From: Fimbriimonadales bacterium
GTDB lineage: Bacteria; Armatimonadota; Fimbriimonadia; Fimbriimonadales; ATM1
Direction of reading: 5' to 3'
Length of the DNA: 64,000 nt
Assembly: GCA_051003155.1 (NCBI GenBank)
Contig: JBPCLO010000048.1
Span: 1-64,000, forward strand
Both the position numbers and the translations under genes were made by a program. Shown piece after piece: positions 19,709 through 29,726 of the stretch (position 1 is its first letter; each line of letters begins with the position of its first letter). Under the pieces are notes generated by a model, which worked only from the letters and a program-made list of their open reading frames with translations, searched no databases and was not told where the DNA came from.

Positions 19709-21013
19709 CTATTTGCCGTAGCCGCGCATGATGAGATTAGCCTCGATCTGGCGCATCAGGTCAAGCACGACCGACACGATAATGAGAAGCGAGGTGCCAC
19801 CGACGATCTGGAAGCCGTCGAGTCTCGTGATCAGGGGCACCCAATACGGAATGAGCGCAACCAGGGTGAGGAAGATAGCGCCCACGATCGTGATCCGCGA
19901 GATGACTCCGTCGAGGAACTGCTCGGTCTGCTTACCCTGCCGAACGCCGGGTATGTAGGCGCCGCTCTGCTTCAGGCGAGTCGCGATGTCTTCCACGTTG
20001 TACTGAATCGCCGTCCAGAAGTACGTGAAGAAGAAGATCATCGCAGCGTAGAGGAGCGAGCCGACAATCCATTGATACCAGGCCGTGCTGCCTGGCGTCG
20101 GGTTAAACCAGCTTGCGATTGCGGTCAGTGTGTCATTCCAAGGGGAGCCAGCCGGGGCGAAAGAGGCGAATTGCGCTGGGATAAAGACGAGCGAGATCGC
20201 GAAGATGATCGGGATGACGCCGGCGGCGTTCACCGGGATCGGCAGGTACGAAGACCCACCGCCCATCGCCTTTGTGCCCACATTGCGCCTCATATGTTGG
20301 ATGTTTATCCGCCTTTGCGCTTGCGTAAAGTAAACGACCAGCGCCGTTACGGCGACAAAGATGATGACGAGCAAAAGCGGCTGCCAGAACTGCGCCGTGC
20401 CGTCACGAAGCTCGGTCGCGATGTTGCTGATCAGCATCGGGAACGAGACAACGATACCGGCAAAGATCATAAGGCTTACGCCCTGGCCGATTCCCTTCTC
20501 CTGAATCTGTTCTCCAAGCCACAGGACGAGCATCGCGCCGGCCGTCCAAATCATGATGATCGAGAAGTAGTGGAAACCGCTTAGGGCCGGTAACGACTGC
20601 TTGAAAATCTGGATGAGCCCCCACGACTGGAACGCGCACAAGACAAGCGTTAGCAGCCGAGTCTTCTGGGCCTTCTTCATTCGAGCGTATTGGCCCCCCT
20701 CCATCTCTGCCTTCTTCATGCTGGGGATGGCGACCGTCATGAGCTGCATGATAATCGAGGACGTGATGTATGGATTGAGTCCGAGCGAGATGATGCTGAT
20801 CTTATTCAGAGCGCCGCCGCCGAAGAGATTGAGGAGGTTCAGGTAGGCGTTATCTTTCAGCACTTGTTGGATCTCGCTGGGATTGATCCCAGGGATCGGG
20901 GTGGTGATGTTCAATGCGATGACGTATACGCCAAAAATAGCGAAAATGAACAGGATTCGTTCGCGAAGTTCCGGTTCGTTCCAAGCCGCACGTAACGTAT
21001 CGGCAAGCCTCAC
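19709..21013 (-). CDS. secY: Preprotein translocase SecY
   Basis: LGLNPYITSSIIMQL, WLGEQI..KGIG.G.SL, AGVIPIIFA, IPGVR.G, GGTSLLI. Confidence 0.98.
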   Translation of the reverse strand: MRLADTLRAAWNEPELRERILFIFAIFGVYVIALNITTPIPGINPSEIQQVLKDNAYLNLLNLFGGGALNKISIISLGLNPYITSSIIMQLMTVAIPSMKKAEMEGGQYARMKKAQKTRLLTLVLCAFQSWGLIQIFKQSLPALSGFHYFSIIMIWTAGAMLVLWLGEQIQEKGIGQGVSLMIFAGIVVSFPMLISNIATELRDGTAQFWQPLLLVIIFVAVTALVVYFTQAQRRINIQHMRRNVGTKAMGGGSSYLPIPVNAAGVIPIIFAISLVFIPAQFASFAPAGSPWNDTLTAIASWFNPTPGSTAWYQWIVGSLLYAAMIFFFTYFWTAIQYNVEDIATRLKQSGAYIPGVRQGKQTEQFLDGVISRITIVGAIFLTLVALIPYWVPLITRLDGFQIVGGTSLLIIVSVVLDLMRQIEANLIMRGYGK

Positions 21014-21450
21014 AGCCTGATAACCTCTCCTCCAGCCTTAGTGATTTTGTCTTCCGCGGACTTGCTGAACGCATGCGCCGTGACCTTGAGCTTCTTGCTG
21101 AGGGCGCCTTGCCCGAGGATCTTGAGGCCGTCCTTGAGGTTGCCCACGAGGCCCTTCTCCCGAATCGTTTCCGGTGAGACCTCCGAGCCGGCCTCGAACG
21201 CTTCTTCGAGCGACGCGAGGTTGAGCACCGCGAACTCGATGTGGTTGGGGTTGCGGAAGCCCTTCTTTACCGGAAGCCGTCGGTGAATCGGCGTCTGGCC
21301 TCCTTCGAATCGGGGGTGGATGTTGCGCCGCGCGCCTTGGCCCTTCATGCCACGGCCGCAGGTCTTACCCAGACCGCTGCCAATGCCCCGGCCAACGCGA
21401 ACCTTCTTTTTTTTGCTGCCCATTTCGGGCTTAAGTTCATGCAGTTGCAT
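21010..21450 (-). CDS. rplO: 50S ribosomal protein L15
   Basis: RVGRGIGSGLGKTCGRG, FEGGQTP. Confidence 0.98.
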   Translation of the reverse strand: MQLHELKPEMGSKKKKVRVGRGIGSGLGKTCGRGMKGQGARRNIHPRFEGGQTPIHRRLPVKKGFRNPNHIEFAVLNLASLEEAFEAGSEVSPETIREKGLVGNLKDGLKILGQGALSKKLKVTAHAFSKSAEDKITKAGGEVIRL

Positions 21451-21640
21451 TGTCGTCCTCAGTAATCTTTACTTCGACCAGGTGGCGCACGTTGTGCAGC
21501 ATCCCTCTAATCGAGGCGCTGTCTTCGTGGAAGACCACTTGATTAACTTTATGCAAGCCGAGCGCCGCCACCGTTCGGCGGTTGCGTGGCTTGTTGCCGA
21601 TGGTGCTCTTAACCAGCCTGACCCGCAACTTCACTTTCAC
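21437..21640 (-). CDS. rpmD: 50S ribosomal protein L30
   Basis: LVKSTIG...TVAALGL, IRGML..VRHLV; start may be 21634. Confidence 0.95.
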   Translation of the reverse strand: MKVKLRVRLVKSTIGNKPRNRRTVAALGLHKVNQVVFHEDSASIRGMLHNVRHLVEVKITEDDNATA

Positions 21641-22187
21641 TCTCCTGTTTTCTCGTCTGCTTAAGCCAAGGCGTCAAATCGGCCACTTCCAGGCCTCGCT
21701 GGGCGGCGCGAGTCTCGGGCTTCATAAGGTTCTTGAGCGCATCCATGGTCGCCCAAGCGCAGTTCACAGCGTTTCGGCTGCCAAGGGTTTTGGCGAGCAC
21801 GTCATGGATGCCGGCAGCCTCGAGCAACGCTCGAACAGCGCCACCTGCGACGACACCTGTGCCGGGGCTCGCCGGGCGGAGCATAACGCTGGTGCTGCCC
21901 ATGCGGCCGATGATCATATGCGGAATCGTCTTTTGCACCACCGGGATATCGATCATCGACTTGCGCGCGCCCTCTTCACCCTTGCGAATCGCGTCGGGAA
22001 CGCTCCGTGCCTTGCCGATCGCAGCTCCAACCTTGCCTTGACCATTGCCGGCGACTACCAGACAACTCCACGAGGGGGTCTTGCCGCCCTTGTGGGTCTT
22101 CGAAACGCGGTTCGTCTGCACCACGCGGACGTCCATGCCGTCCGTGCTTTCTCGTTTGCCGCCACCTTGAAATCTTCCGCCTGCCAT
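21609..22187 (-). CDS. rpsE: 30S ribosomal protein S5
   Basis: NRVSK.HKGG, PASPGTGVVAGG. Confidence 0.97.
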   Translation of the reverse strand: MAGGRFQGGGKRESTDGMDVRVVQTNRVSKTHKGGKTPSWSCLVVAGNGQGKVGAAIGKARSVPDAIRKGEEGARKSMIDIPVVQKTIPHMIIGRMGSTSVMLRPASPGTGVVAGGAVRALLEAAGIHDVLAKTLGSRNAVNCAWATMDALKNLMKPETRAAQRGLEVADLTPWLKQTRKQESESEVAGQAG

Positions 22188-22188
22188 C

Positions 22189-22548
22189 TTAGAACTCTAA
22201 CCCAGCCTTCCTCGCCGCATTGGCGAGCACCGCGACGCGTCCAGCGTAGCGGAAGCCACCACGGTCGAAAACGACCTTCGCGATGCCTTTCTCTTTCGCG
22301 CGCTCGGCGATCAGCTGGCCGACGTTTTCGGCGCCCTTCTTGTTGCCGCCGACGTTGCTGTCCTGCGCCTTTTCCAGGCTGCTTGCCGAGGCCACGGTAA
22401 CACCTTGGCTATCGTCGATCAACTGGACGCTAATCTGCTTCAGGCTGCGGAAAACCGCGAGCCTCGGGCGATCGGCGCTCCCTTCGACGCGTTTCCGAAT
22501 GCGTGCGTGCCGCATGCTCCTACTTGCTTTGCTTGAACGTGTTGCCAT
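22189..22548 (-). CDS. rplR: 50S ribosomal protein L18
   Basis: RPRLAVFRS, VVFDRGG..Y.GRV. Confidence 0.98.
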   Translation of the reverse strand: MATRSSKASRSMRHARIRKRVEGSADRPRLAVFRSLKQISVQLIDDSQGVTVASASSLEKAQDSNVGGNKKGAENVGQLIAERAKEKGIAKVVFDRGGFRYAGRVAVLANAARKAGLEF

Positions 22549-22560
22549 CGTAAAATTTCC

Positions 22561-23118
22561 CTAAGCGGTTGCCCTCTTGCCCTGCCTGAGCTTGATCACT
22601 TCGCCCGCATAGCGAATGCCTTTGCCCTTGTACGGGTCCGGCTTCCGAACTTTGCGGATGTCGGCCGCAATTTGGCCGACGCGCTGCTTATCGATCCCGC
22701 TGACAGTGATCCTGCCGATCCGCGATCGATCCTCCTGGCCAACTTCGAAGGTGATGCCCTCTGGCGGTCTCATGCGCACGGAGTGCGAGTAACCGACGTT
22801 CAGCACCAAATCTTTGCCCTCGACGGCGGCGCGATATCCGACCCCATGAACCTCGAGCTGTCGATAGAAGCCCTCACTGACCCCGACGACCATGTTGCTA
22901 ATCAGCGTGCGCGCGAGGCCGTGCTGGCTTCTATGCTCTCTCCGCTCGGACGGACGCTCGATCGAGAGCGTGCCTTCCTCGGCGACGATCTTAAGCTCCG
23001 GGCAAATCGGCTGCTTGAGCTCACCCTTCGGGCCCTTGATGGCCACGAGGTTATTCTCGCCGACGTCTACGGTGACGCCGCTCGGGACCGGGATGGGTTT
23101 ACGGCCTATTCGGGACAT
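22561..23118 (-). CDS. rplF: 50S ribosomal protein L6
   Basis: MSRIGRKPI, PDPYKGKGIRY. Confidence 0.98.
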   Translation of the reverse strand: MSRIGRKPIPVPSGVTVDVGENNLVAIKGPKGELKQPICPELKIVAEEGTLSIERPSERREHRSQHGLARTLISNMVVGVSEGFYRQLEVHGVGYRAAVEGKDLVLNVGYSHSVRMRPPEGITFEVGQEDRSRIGRITVSGIDKQRVGQIAADIRKVRKPDPYKGKGIRYAGEVIKLRQGKRATA

Positions 23119-23513
23119 TACCAGACCTCACAAATCACTTCGCCGCCGATCTTGTGCTTGCGCGCTTCACGGTCGGTCATCATGCCCTTATTGGTCGAAA
23201 CGATCTGCGTTGCAAGGCCGCTGCGAACGGGGGTCAGTTCTTCCGCGCCCCGGTATGCACGCAGTCCGGGCTTGCTCACCCGCCTGATCTCGCGAAGAAC
23301 TGGCTGACGCTTTGCATCGTAGCGCAGGTGGATCCGCAAGTTCGGAAACTTCGTTTCCTTCGAAATCTCATAATCCGCGATCAACCCTTCGGCTTTGAGG
23401 ATCTTGACGATATCTTCCTTGATGCTGCTGTAGGGACAATCGGTGGTCGTTAAGCGTGCTCCGCTGGCGTTGCGGATTCGTGTCAGAAGGTCTGCAATGG
23501 GGTCACTATGCAT
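23118..23513 (-). CDS. rpsH: 30S ribosomal protein S8
   Basis: DPIADLLTRIRNA, SKPGLR.Y, GGEVICEVW; start at MHSDP. Confidence 0.97.
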   Translation of the reverse strand: MHSDPIADLLTRIRNASGARLTTTDCPYSSIKEDIVKILKAEGLIADYEISKETKFPNLRIHLRYDAKRQPVLREIRRVSKPGLRAYRGAEELTPVRSGLATQIVSTNKGMMTDREARKHKIGGEVICEVW

Positions 23514-23520
23514 AATTCGT

Positions 23521-23706
23521 TTACCAGCTCGACTTAGTGACACCGGGCAGGTTGCCCGCGAGAGATTGCTCTCTCAGGCAAATGCGACATACGCCGAAAT
23601 AGCGAAAATAACCGCGCTGACGGCCGCAGATGCTACACCGGTTATAGGCGCGCACACCGAATTTCGGTTTCCTCTTTTGCTTTACAATTAAACAGATTTT
23701 TGCCAA
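23521..23706 (-). CDS. rpsN: 30S ribosomal protein S14 type Z
   Basis: RCSICGR...[15 protein letters not shown], 61 aa, TTG start. Confidence 0.97.
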   Translation of the reverse strand: MAKICLIVKQKRKPKFGVRAYNRCSICGRQRGYFRYFGVCRICLREQSLAGNLPGVTKSSW

Positions 23707-23746
23707 TTATTTCTCCGGCCCGCACGCGAAATTGGCGCGAAAGCCA

Positions 23747-23752
23747 ATTATA
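23747..23752 (-). promoter_or_regulatory. Candidate internal -10 box upstream of rpsN
   Basis: Perfect TATAAT 4 nt after the EF-G2 stop and 40 nt before the rpsN start; no clear -35. Confidence 0.5.
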
Positions 23753-23756
23753 CCTC

Positions 23757-25826
23757 TTAGTCCTCCGACTCCTCCGCCCTCGTCTTCTGGTGGTGGGTTA
23801 TCAGCGACTGCTGTTCGTTAGCGGGCAGCTCCTCGTAATGGGCAAATTCGGCCCTGAATCGGCCGCGCCCCTTGGTGATCGATCTCAAGTCGAGCGCGTA
23901 CTTAGCCATTGTGGCCATCGGCACTTCGGCCTTGATCCTTTGCTTTCGGGCAGCAACCATTTCCATGCCCATGGGCCGGCCGCGACGCGTGTTGAGGTCC
24001 CCCATGACGTCGCCCGTGTACTCCTCGGGAACGTCGACCTCTACAAGCAGGATAGGTTCGAGGATTGTGGGTTTCGCATTCGAAGCGGCGTTCCTGAAGG
24101 CCATTGCGCCGGCCATCTTGAACGCATTCTCGCTAGAATCCACGTCGTGGTAGCTGCCGTCGTAGACCGTGGCCTTTACGTCGACCACCGGGTAGCCGGC
24201 GAGAAATCCTTTGGACAGCACGTCGCGCACGCCTTTCTCGATCGCGGGGATAAAGTTCTTGGGAATCGATCCTCCGACGACGCGCACACCGAATTCGAAG
24301 CCGGTACCTCTGGGCATAGGGTCGAGCTCAAGCCAGCAATCTCCGTATTGGCCGCGCCCACCGGTCTGCCGTTTGAACTTACCTTGGGCCTTCGCGGAAG
24401 ACTTGATGGTTTCGCGGTAAGGCACGGTCGCATCGGAAGTTACGACATTTACGCCGAACTTCTCCTTGAGCTTTTCGATCGAGACGTCGAGGTGCATATC
24501 GCCCATGCCTTCGATGATCTCCTGCCCGCTTTCCGAGTCGCGGCGGCTGCGGAACGTCGGGTCTTCGTCTGAGATCCTCGAAAGTGAGGTTCCCAGCTTG
24601 TCTTCGTCGGCCTTCGTCTTGGCGTGGATCGCAAGACGGTAAATCGGCTCCGGGAAGGCGACCCTGTCGTATTTAATTGAAGACTTCGCTTCAGCTAGCG
24701 TATCGCCCGTGTGCGTATGCTGCAGTTTCGAGATTGCGGCGATGTCGCCGGCGCCGACAGCGGTGGCAGCGAACTGCTCCTTCCCCTTCGAGAAGAACAG
24801 GGACCCGACTCTTTCGGATTCGTCGTTGTTTGTGTTCTTAAGTTGAGAATCGGGCTTGAGCGTCCCGGTCATCACTCGGACGTAGTTAATGCGGCCGACG
24901 TACGGATCGGCCGTGGTCTTGAAAACGAACGCCGATAGGGGCCCGTTGGGGTTGGGCGTAATCTCTTCCCCGCCTGAAATCTTGAGCTTTTCTGCCGGGC
25001 TGGGGACGGCGCCGACCACACGATCGAGAAGCGACGCAATGCCGATCCCCGATGCCGCGCTGCCGACGAGAACCGGGAATACTCTCCCCGCTGCAACGCC
25101 GACCTCCAAACCGTGGATCACTTCGTCTTCGGTCAGCTTTTCGCCATCGAGATATTTCTCAATGAGCGCGTCGTCGCCTTCGGCGGCTGAATCCATCATT
25201 TGGTCGCGAGCCTGCTGCACATCGGCGGCAATCTCAGCCGGCGGTTCGCTCACTTCTTCCTCGCGGCCGCTGCCGCCATGAATTTTCATGTCCACGAGGT
25301 CGAGAACGCCTTTAAAGGCGGCTTGAGAACCGATCGGAACCTGAAGCGGAACGACCTTGTTGCCAAATCGCTCGTCGAGCGACTTCATTAGCCCTGGGTA
25401 ATCAGCATTGTCACGTTCGAGCTTGTTGACGAAAATAAGACGGCAGAGGCCCTCTTCCTCGGCGATCTCCCACGCGTTGTCGAAACCGACATCGAGGCCT
25501 GCGTGCGCGGGTGCGACGACGATCATCGCTTCGACCACCTTGGCCACACCATGCAGATCGCCGATAAAATCTGGGAATCCCGGCGTGTCGATGATGTTGA
25601 TTTTGTGGCCCTTCCATTCAATCGGGAAGACGGCGATATTCAAGCTGATCTTTCGCCGAATTTCCTGCGCATCGAAATCGCTGTGGCTGTTTCCCTGGTC
25701 TACGCTGCCCAGGCGGTCGACGCTTTTGGACGCAAACAGCAACTGCTCGACGAGCGTGGTCTTGCCCGCGCCGACGTGGCCTACGATGGCTACATTGCGA
25801 ATTTTGTCAGGGCTGTAGGTGTTCAT
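23757..25826 (-). CDS. Elongation factor G paralogue (EF-G2-like)
   Basis: Full five-domain EF-G layout with divergent G motifs GHVGAGKTT, RKISL, DTPGFPDF, NKLER. Confidence 0.93.
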   Translation of the reverse strand: MNTYSPDKIRNVAIVGHVGAGKTTLVEQLLFASKSVDRLGSVDQGNSHSDFDAQEIRRKISLNIAVFPIEWKGHKINIIDTPGFPDFIGDLHGVAKVVEAMIVVAPAHAGLDVGFDNAWEIAEEEGLCRLIFVNKLERDNADYPGLMKSLDERFGNKVVPLQVPIGSQAAFKGVLDLVDMKIHGGSGREEEVSEPPAEIAADVQQARDQMMDSAAEGDDALIEKYLDGEKLTEDEVIHGLEVGVAAGRVFPVLVGSAASGIGIASLLDRVVGAVPSPAEKLKISGGEEITPNPNGPLSAFVFKTTADPYVGRINYVRVMTGTLKPDSQLKNTNNDESERVGSLFFSKGKEQFAATAVGAGDIAAISKLQHTHTGDTLAEAKSSIKYDRVAFPEPIYRLAIHAKTKADEDKLGTSLSRISDEDPTFRSRRDSESGQEIIEGMGDMHLDVSIEKLKEKFGVNVVTSDATVPYRETIKSSAKAQGKFKRQTGGRGQYGDCWLELDPMPRGTGFEFGVRVVGGSIPKNFIPAIEKGVRDVLSKGFLAGYPVVDVKATVYDGSYHDVDSSENAFKMAGAMAFRNAASNAKPTILEPILLVEVDVPEEYTGDVMGDLNTRRGRPMGMEMVAARKQRIKAEVPMATMAKYALDLRSITKGRGRFRAEFAHYEELPANEQQSLITHHQKTRAEESED

Positions 25827-25846
25827 GGCTGCGTTCTAAGGCGAAT

Positions 25847-26431
25847 CTATTTCTCCCGGATCGGCATCCCCATTTTCTTCAAGAAGGCCCGCGCTTCATC
25901 GTCCGTTCTTGCGGTGGTGCAAATAACGATGTCCATGCCGCGGATCCGATCGAACGTGTCGTAACTGATCTCGGGGAAAACAAGCTGCTCTTTCAAGCCG
26001 ACAGCGAAATTGCCGCGTCCGTCGAACGACTTCGGATTGAGACCCTGGAAGTCGCGAAGGCGGGGGAACACCACGGTGATGAGCTTGTCGAGAAAGTGGT
26101 ACATGCGCTCGCCGCGGAGCGTAACCTTCGCGCCGATCTTCACTCCTTGCCGGAGACGGAAATTGGAAATGGCCTTTTTCGCAGTGGTTACGACCGGCGC
26201 CTGCCCCGTGATGACAGTGAGGTCGCGCACGGAGTTATCGAGCAGCTTGCCATCTTTGGTCGATTCGCCGACACCCATATTGATGACGATCTTATCGAGT
26301 CGCGGCGCCTGCATCGGAGTCGAATACTCGAGTTCCTTCACCAGGGACGGCAATACCGTGTCCTTATAATGCTCGCGAAGCCGACTCTTCGGCGGCACGG
26401 TTGCCGTATTTCCTTCTTTTTCTTTTGCCAT
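25847..26431 (-). CDS. rplE: 50S ribosomal protein L5
   Basis: KIVINMGVG, FDGRGN..G.KEQ.VFPEI. Confidence 0.98.
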   Translation of the reverse strand: MAKEKEGNTATVPPKSRLREHYKDTVLPSLVKELEYSTPMQAPRLDKIVINMGVGESTKDGKLLDNSVRDLTVITGQAPVVTTAKKAISNFRLRQGVKIGAKVTLRGERMYHFLDKLITVVFPRLRDFQGLNPKSFDGRGNFAVGLKEQLVFPEISYDTFDRIRGMDIVICTTARTDDEARAFLKKMGMPIREK

Positions 26432-26443
26432 TCTCTAATCTCT

Positions 26444-26830
26444 CTATTTGACGTCGATAGTCTCGTTGCTTGCCTTGGCGTAGCGGACGAGCTTGCCTTC
26501 CTCGACTCGCCGACCGACGCGGGTCGGTTTATCCGAATGAGGATCGATGAGCATTACTTTGCTGATGTGCAAGGGGGCGGCCATGCGAGTTTTCTTGCCT
26601 TGCTCGCCCATCGTTCGGGGCTTTTGGTGCTTGGTAACCGCGTTCAGGGGAACCTTTACGCCGTCCTTGTCCTTTTCGTGACCTTCCACGAGAACCATCA
26701 TCCGCTTGGGCATAACCTTGATAATGCGGCCACGGGCGCCCTTATCTTTCCCCGCGATAATCTCAACGGTGTCGCCGGTTTTCAGTTTAATCTTTACGGA
26801 TTGTTTTGGAGCTACGATCTTTTTGTACAT
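26444..26830 (-). CDS. rplX: 50S ribosomal protein L24
   Basis: [16 protein letters not shown] motif, APLHISKV. Confidence 0.97.
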   Translation of the reverse strand: MYKKIVAPKQSVKIKLKTGDTVEIIAGKDKGARGRIIKVMPKRMMVLVEGHEKDKDGVKVPLNAVTKHQKPRTMGEQGKKTRMAAPLHISKVMLIDPHSDKPTRVGRRVEEGKLVRYAKASNETIDVK

Positions 26831-27199
26831 TTACAGGACCTCCGGGGCGAGAGAAACAATTTTCATGAATTCCTTTTCGCGGAGCTCGCGGGCGACTGGG
26901 CCGAAAATACGCGTGCCGCGCGGCTCCTTTGCCTGATTGATCAGCACGCATGCGTTGTCGTCGAAGCGCAAAGTGCTGCCGTCTTGGCGACGGATATCGC
27001 GCTTCGTGCGAACGATGACCGCTTTCACAACTTCGCCCTTCTTGACCGGCATGTTCGGCGTGGAAACCTTTACGGTCCCGACAATAACGTCGCCGACACG
27101 GCCATAACGCGGCTGCGACCCCTTGAGGACACGAATGCACAGCAGCTCGCGCGCTCCGGAGTTATCCGCTACTTTTAGTCTCGTGTATTGCTGAATCAT
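26831..27199 (-). CDS. rplN: 50S ribosomal protein L14
   Basis: [29 protein letters not shown]. Confidence 0.98.
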   Translation of the reverse strand: MIQQYTRLKVADNSGARELLCIRVLKGSQPRYGRVGDVIVGTVKVSTPNMPVKKGEVVKAVIVRTKRDIRRQDGSTLRFDDNACVLINQAKEPRGTRIFGPVARELREKEFMKIVSLAPEVL

Positions 27200-27215
27200 T
27201 TCTTTCTCCGACAAA

Positions 27216-27236
27216 GCCTTCGGAAAATCCGAAGGC
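27216..27236 (-). terminator. Hairpin at the rpsQ-rplN (S10/spc) boundary
   Basis: GCCTTCGGA-AAA-TCCGAAGGC perfect 9-bp stem; only a short T run follows. Confidence 0.35.
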
Positions 27237-27241
27237 GAAAA

Positions 27242-27508
27242 CTACTTGACCTTTTCTACAATCTTGCTGACCCGCCAACGCTTTTCCTTGCTCAAGGGCC
27301 GCGTCTCCGTGATTTCAACGAAGTCGCCCATATCACAGCTCATCTCATCATGCGCCTTGAATTTCTCACTGCGCAAAACCGTTTTTCCATAAAGAGGGTG
27401 CTGCACCTGACGCTGCACTCGCACGACCACCGTCTTCTCCATTTTATTGGAGACCACGACGCCATGCCGTGTTTTGCGCCGGTTGCGCGCTGCGGTCGCC
27501 TCCGCCAT
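27242..27508 (-). CDS. rpsQ: 30S ribosomal protein S17
   Basis: [30 protein letters not shown]. Confidence 0.98.
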   Translation of the reverse strand: MAEATAARNRRKTRHGVVVSNKMEKTVVVRVQRQVQHPLYGKTVLRSEKFKAHDEMSCDMGDFVEITETRPLSKEKRWRVSKIVEKVK

Positions 27509-27714
27509 TACTGGTCACCCCGCTTCTTTTCGGTGATCAGCGTCATGATGCGCGCGATGTTGTGGCGATGTTCCCTAACAAGGTTTACGTCCTTGATCTC
27601 GCGAAAGACCAGCTTGCGCCGCGAGTCGTATAGCGCGATTCTTTCTTTCTCCAAAAGCTCCTGTAGTTCTTGGACTGTCTTCTCTCTAAGGTCGTTAACT
27701 TTCAATGCTTTCAT
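27508..27714 (-). CDS. rpmC: 50S ribosomal protein L29
   Basis: LREKTVQEL..., IARIMT; canonical position. Confidence 0.93.
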   Translation of the reverse strand: MKALKVNDLREKTVQELQELLEKERIALYDSRRKLVFREIKDVNLVREHRHNIARIMTLITEKKRGDQ

Positions 27715-28268
27715 TTCTGTTCCTCGGTTTCGACTTCAGTCGGCCCTTCGGCTTGGCCTTCTGCCTGCTCTTCCTCGACAGCCGGCTCCTCTTCATGGGC
27801 GATCTGCGGCTGCACGGCTTCGGTCTCTTCCAATTGCGCTTCCTCGACATGGTCGGGCATGTCGTGGCGCGTTATAAACTTGACCTTAATCGGGAGCTTG
27901 TGGCCGGCAAGCCGCATTGCTTCCTTCGCCACCTCTTCCGCAACGCCGGACATTTCGAAAAGCATTCTGCCCGGCTTTACTACGGCGACCCATCCTTCGG
28001 GCGAACCCTTACCGGAGCCCATTCGCGTTTCCGCAGGCTTCTTGGTGAAAGGCTTGTCCGGGAAAATCCGAATCCAAACCTTGCCGCCTCTGCGGATGTG
28101 TCGGGTCATGGCGATACGGGCGGCCTCGATCTGCCGGTTCGTGATCCACGCGGCTTCGAGGGCCTGCAGGCCAAAATCACCGAAATCGAGGTTGGCCCCA
28201 CCCTTTGCCAGGCCCTTGCGCCGCCCGCGAGACACCTTGCGGTGCTTAATACGCTTAGGCATTAACAT
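27711..28268 (-). CDS. rplP: 50S ribosomal protein L16 with acidic tail
   Basis: [25 protein letters not shown]. Confidence 0.98.
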   Translation of the reverse strand: MLMPKRIKHRKVSRGRRKGLAKGGANLDFGDFGLQALEAAWITNRQIEAARIAMTRHIRRGGKVWIRIFPDKPFTKKPAETRMGSGKGSPEGWVAVVKPGRMLFEMSGVAEEVAKEAMRLAGHKLPIKVKFITRHDMPDHVEEAQLEETEAVQPQIAHEEEPAVEEEQAEGQAEGPTEVETEEQK

Positions 28269-29091
28269 CGGGTGTCACCTCCGCTTTTTCTGCAACGGGA
28301 GTCGGTGTACGGTCGGCAGCGTCCACCGGCTCGTCCATGAGGGCTGGACCTTCAACAATGGGTTTCGTTACGGCTACAGGCTCTTCGATCTTTTTCGGCT
28401 TGCGGGGGCTCTCCTTGAGCGCGGCCTCTTGGGCGATTCGCATTTTCTCGGGGAGCACCTCGCCCTTGTATATCCAAACCTTGACGCCGATGATACCGTA
28501 GGTGGTTCGTGCCTCGGCCCGGCCGTAGTCGATGTCCGCTCTTAGCGTGTGAAGGGGCACTTTGCCCATCTTCTCGACCTCTCTTCGGGCGATTTCCGAT
28601 CCGCCGAGGCGGCCGCTGGAAATAATCTTGATACCGCGCCCGTTCATCCGCAGACACCGGCCGACGGCTTGCCGCATGGCTCTCCGGTGGGAAATTCTCC
28701 GTTCGAGCTGTTGGGCGATGTTCTCGGCGACCAGTTGGGCGTCGAGCTCGGGCTGACGCACCTCGGAGACGTTGACGTGGACTCGTGAATCCTTGTCCAT
28801 CTTCGAGACGATGCGCTGCAGATCCTGGCTTAGCTCATCGATACCCTTGCCTCCGCGGCCGATCACGGCACCGGGCCGCGCGGTATGGAGTGTCACCGTC
28901 ACACGGTTCGCTGCACGCTCGATATCGACGCGGCTTATGTTGCCTATACCAAGCCGCTGCTTTATGAACCGGCGGATCTGGTGATCGCCGATCAGCAGGT
29001 GCTTGTAGGTTCGCTTGTCGGCGAACCAATGGCTGTCGGCATCTCGGATGACCCCGAGTCTAAAACCTATGGGATGTACTTTTTGGCCCAA
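28255..29091 (-). CDS. rpsC: 30S ribosomal protein S3
   Basis: [26 protein letters not shown] start. Confidence 0.98.
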   Translation of the reverse strand: MGQKVHPIGFRLGVIRDADSHWFADKRTYKHLLIGDHQIRRFIKQRLGIGNISRVDIERAANRVTVTLHTARPGAVIGRGGKGIDELSQDLQRIVSKMDKDSRVHVNVSEVRQPELDAQLVAENIAQQLERRISHRRAMRQAVGRCLRMNGRGIKIISSGRLGGSEIARREVEKMGKVPLHTLRADIDYGRAEARTTYGIIGVKVWIYKGEVLPEKMRIAQEAALKESPRKPKKIEEPVAVTKPIVEGPALMDEPVDAADRTPTPVAEKAEVTPDVNA

Positions 29092-29094
29092 GTG

Positions 29095-29709
29095 TTACTC
29101 CTGTTCCTTCTTTTGTTTGGCGCCGTCATCTGCTGCGGGCGCCCCGTTCTCTGACGCAGGTTCCTCGGCTGCCGGGACTTCTTCGGCTGCGGGCTCTTTC
29201 GAAGCGGTTCCTTCGACTACGGTTTCTTCAACTGAGAGTTCTTCCCCAACTTGGGCGCTTTCCTGCGCCTCGGCGGCGATCGGCTCGGCGGCCTCGTCCT
29301 TCTTGGCTTTCTTCTTCATGCCGTCGAACTTCGGCCTCGGCTTCGGCTTGGCATTGCTGCGCTTAACCGAGAACGGTTCGCCGTCTTCGAGAACGACGGT
29401 GATGTGGCTCGTGCGCTTGAGGATTCGGTTTGCCCTTCCCTGCGCTCGGGCACGGATTCGCTTCATCCGCATACCCTCGTCTATATCGATTCGAGAGATC
29501 ACCAGCGATTCCGCGTCGCGCTTCTCGTTCTCCACCGCGTTAGCGACAGCACTCAGCAGCACCTTGCGGAGCAAATGAGCGCCCTTGCTCGGGTGGTACC
29601 TGAGTTCAGCCAAGGCCAGCACTGCGTGCTTGCCCTTGACCTCGCTAGCGACAAGCCTCGCCTTGCGGGGCTGGACCCTCAGTCTTCTTCCAGTTGCTCG
29701 AACTTCCAT
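29095..29709 (-). CDS. rplV: 50S ribosomal protein L22 with long C-terminal extension
   Basis: PRKARLV, SAVANA, RAQGRA..I.KRTSHITV. Confidence 0.97.
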   Translation of the reverse strand: MEVRATGRRLRVQPRKARLVASEVKGKHAVLALAELRYHPSKGAHLLRKVLLSAVANAVENEKRDAESLVISRIDIDEGMRMKRIRARAQGRANRILKRTSHITVVLEDGEPFSVKRSNAKPKPRPKFDGMKKKAKKDEAAEPIAAEAQESAQVGEELSVEETVVEGTASKEPAAEEVPAAEEPASENGAPAADDGAKQKKEQE

Positions 29710-29726
29710 AGAATTTTCCCGGAGGG

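Noticed and set aside
21609..21640. 32-nt rpsE/rpmD overlap
   Set aside because: Both proteins are complete; short overlaps are common in r-protein operons
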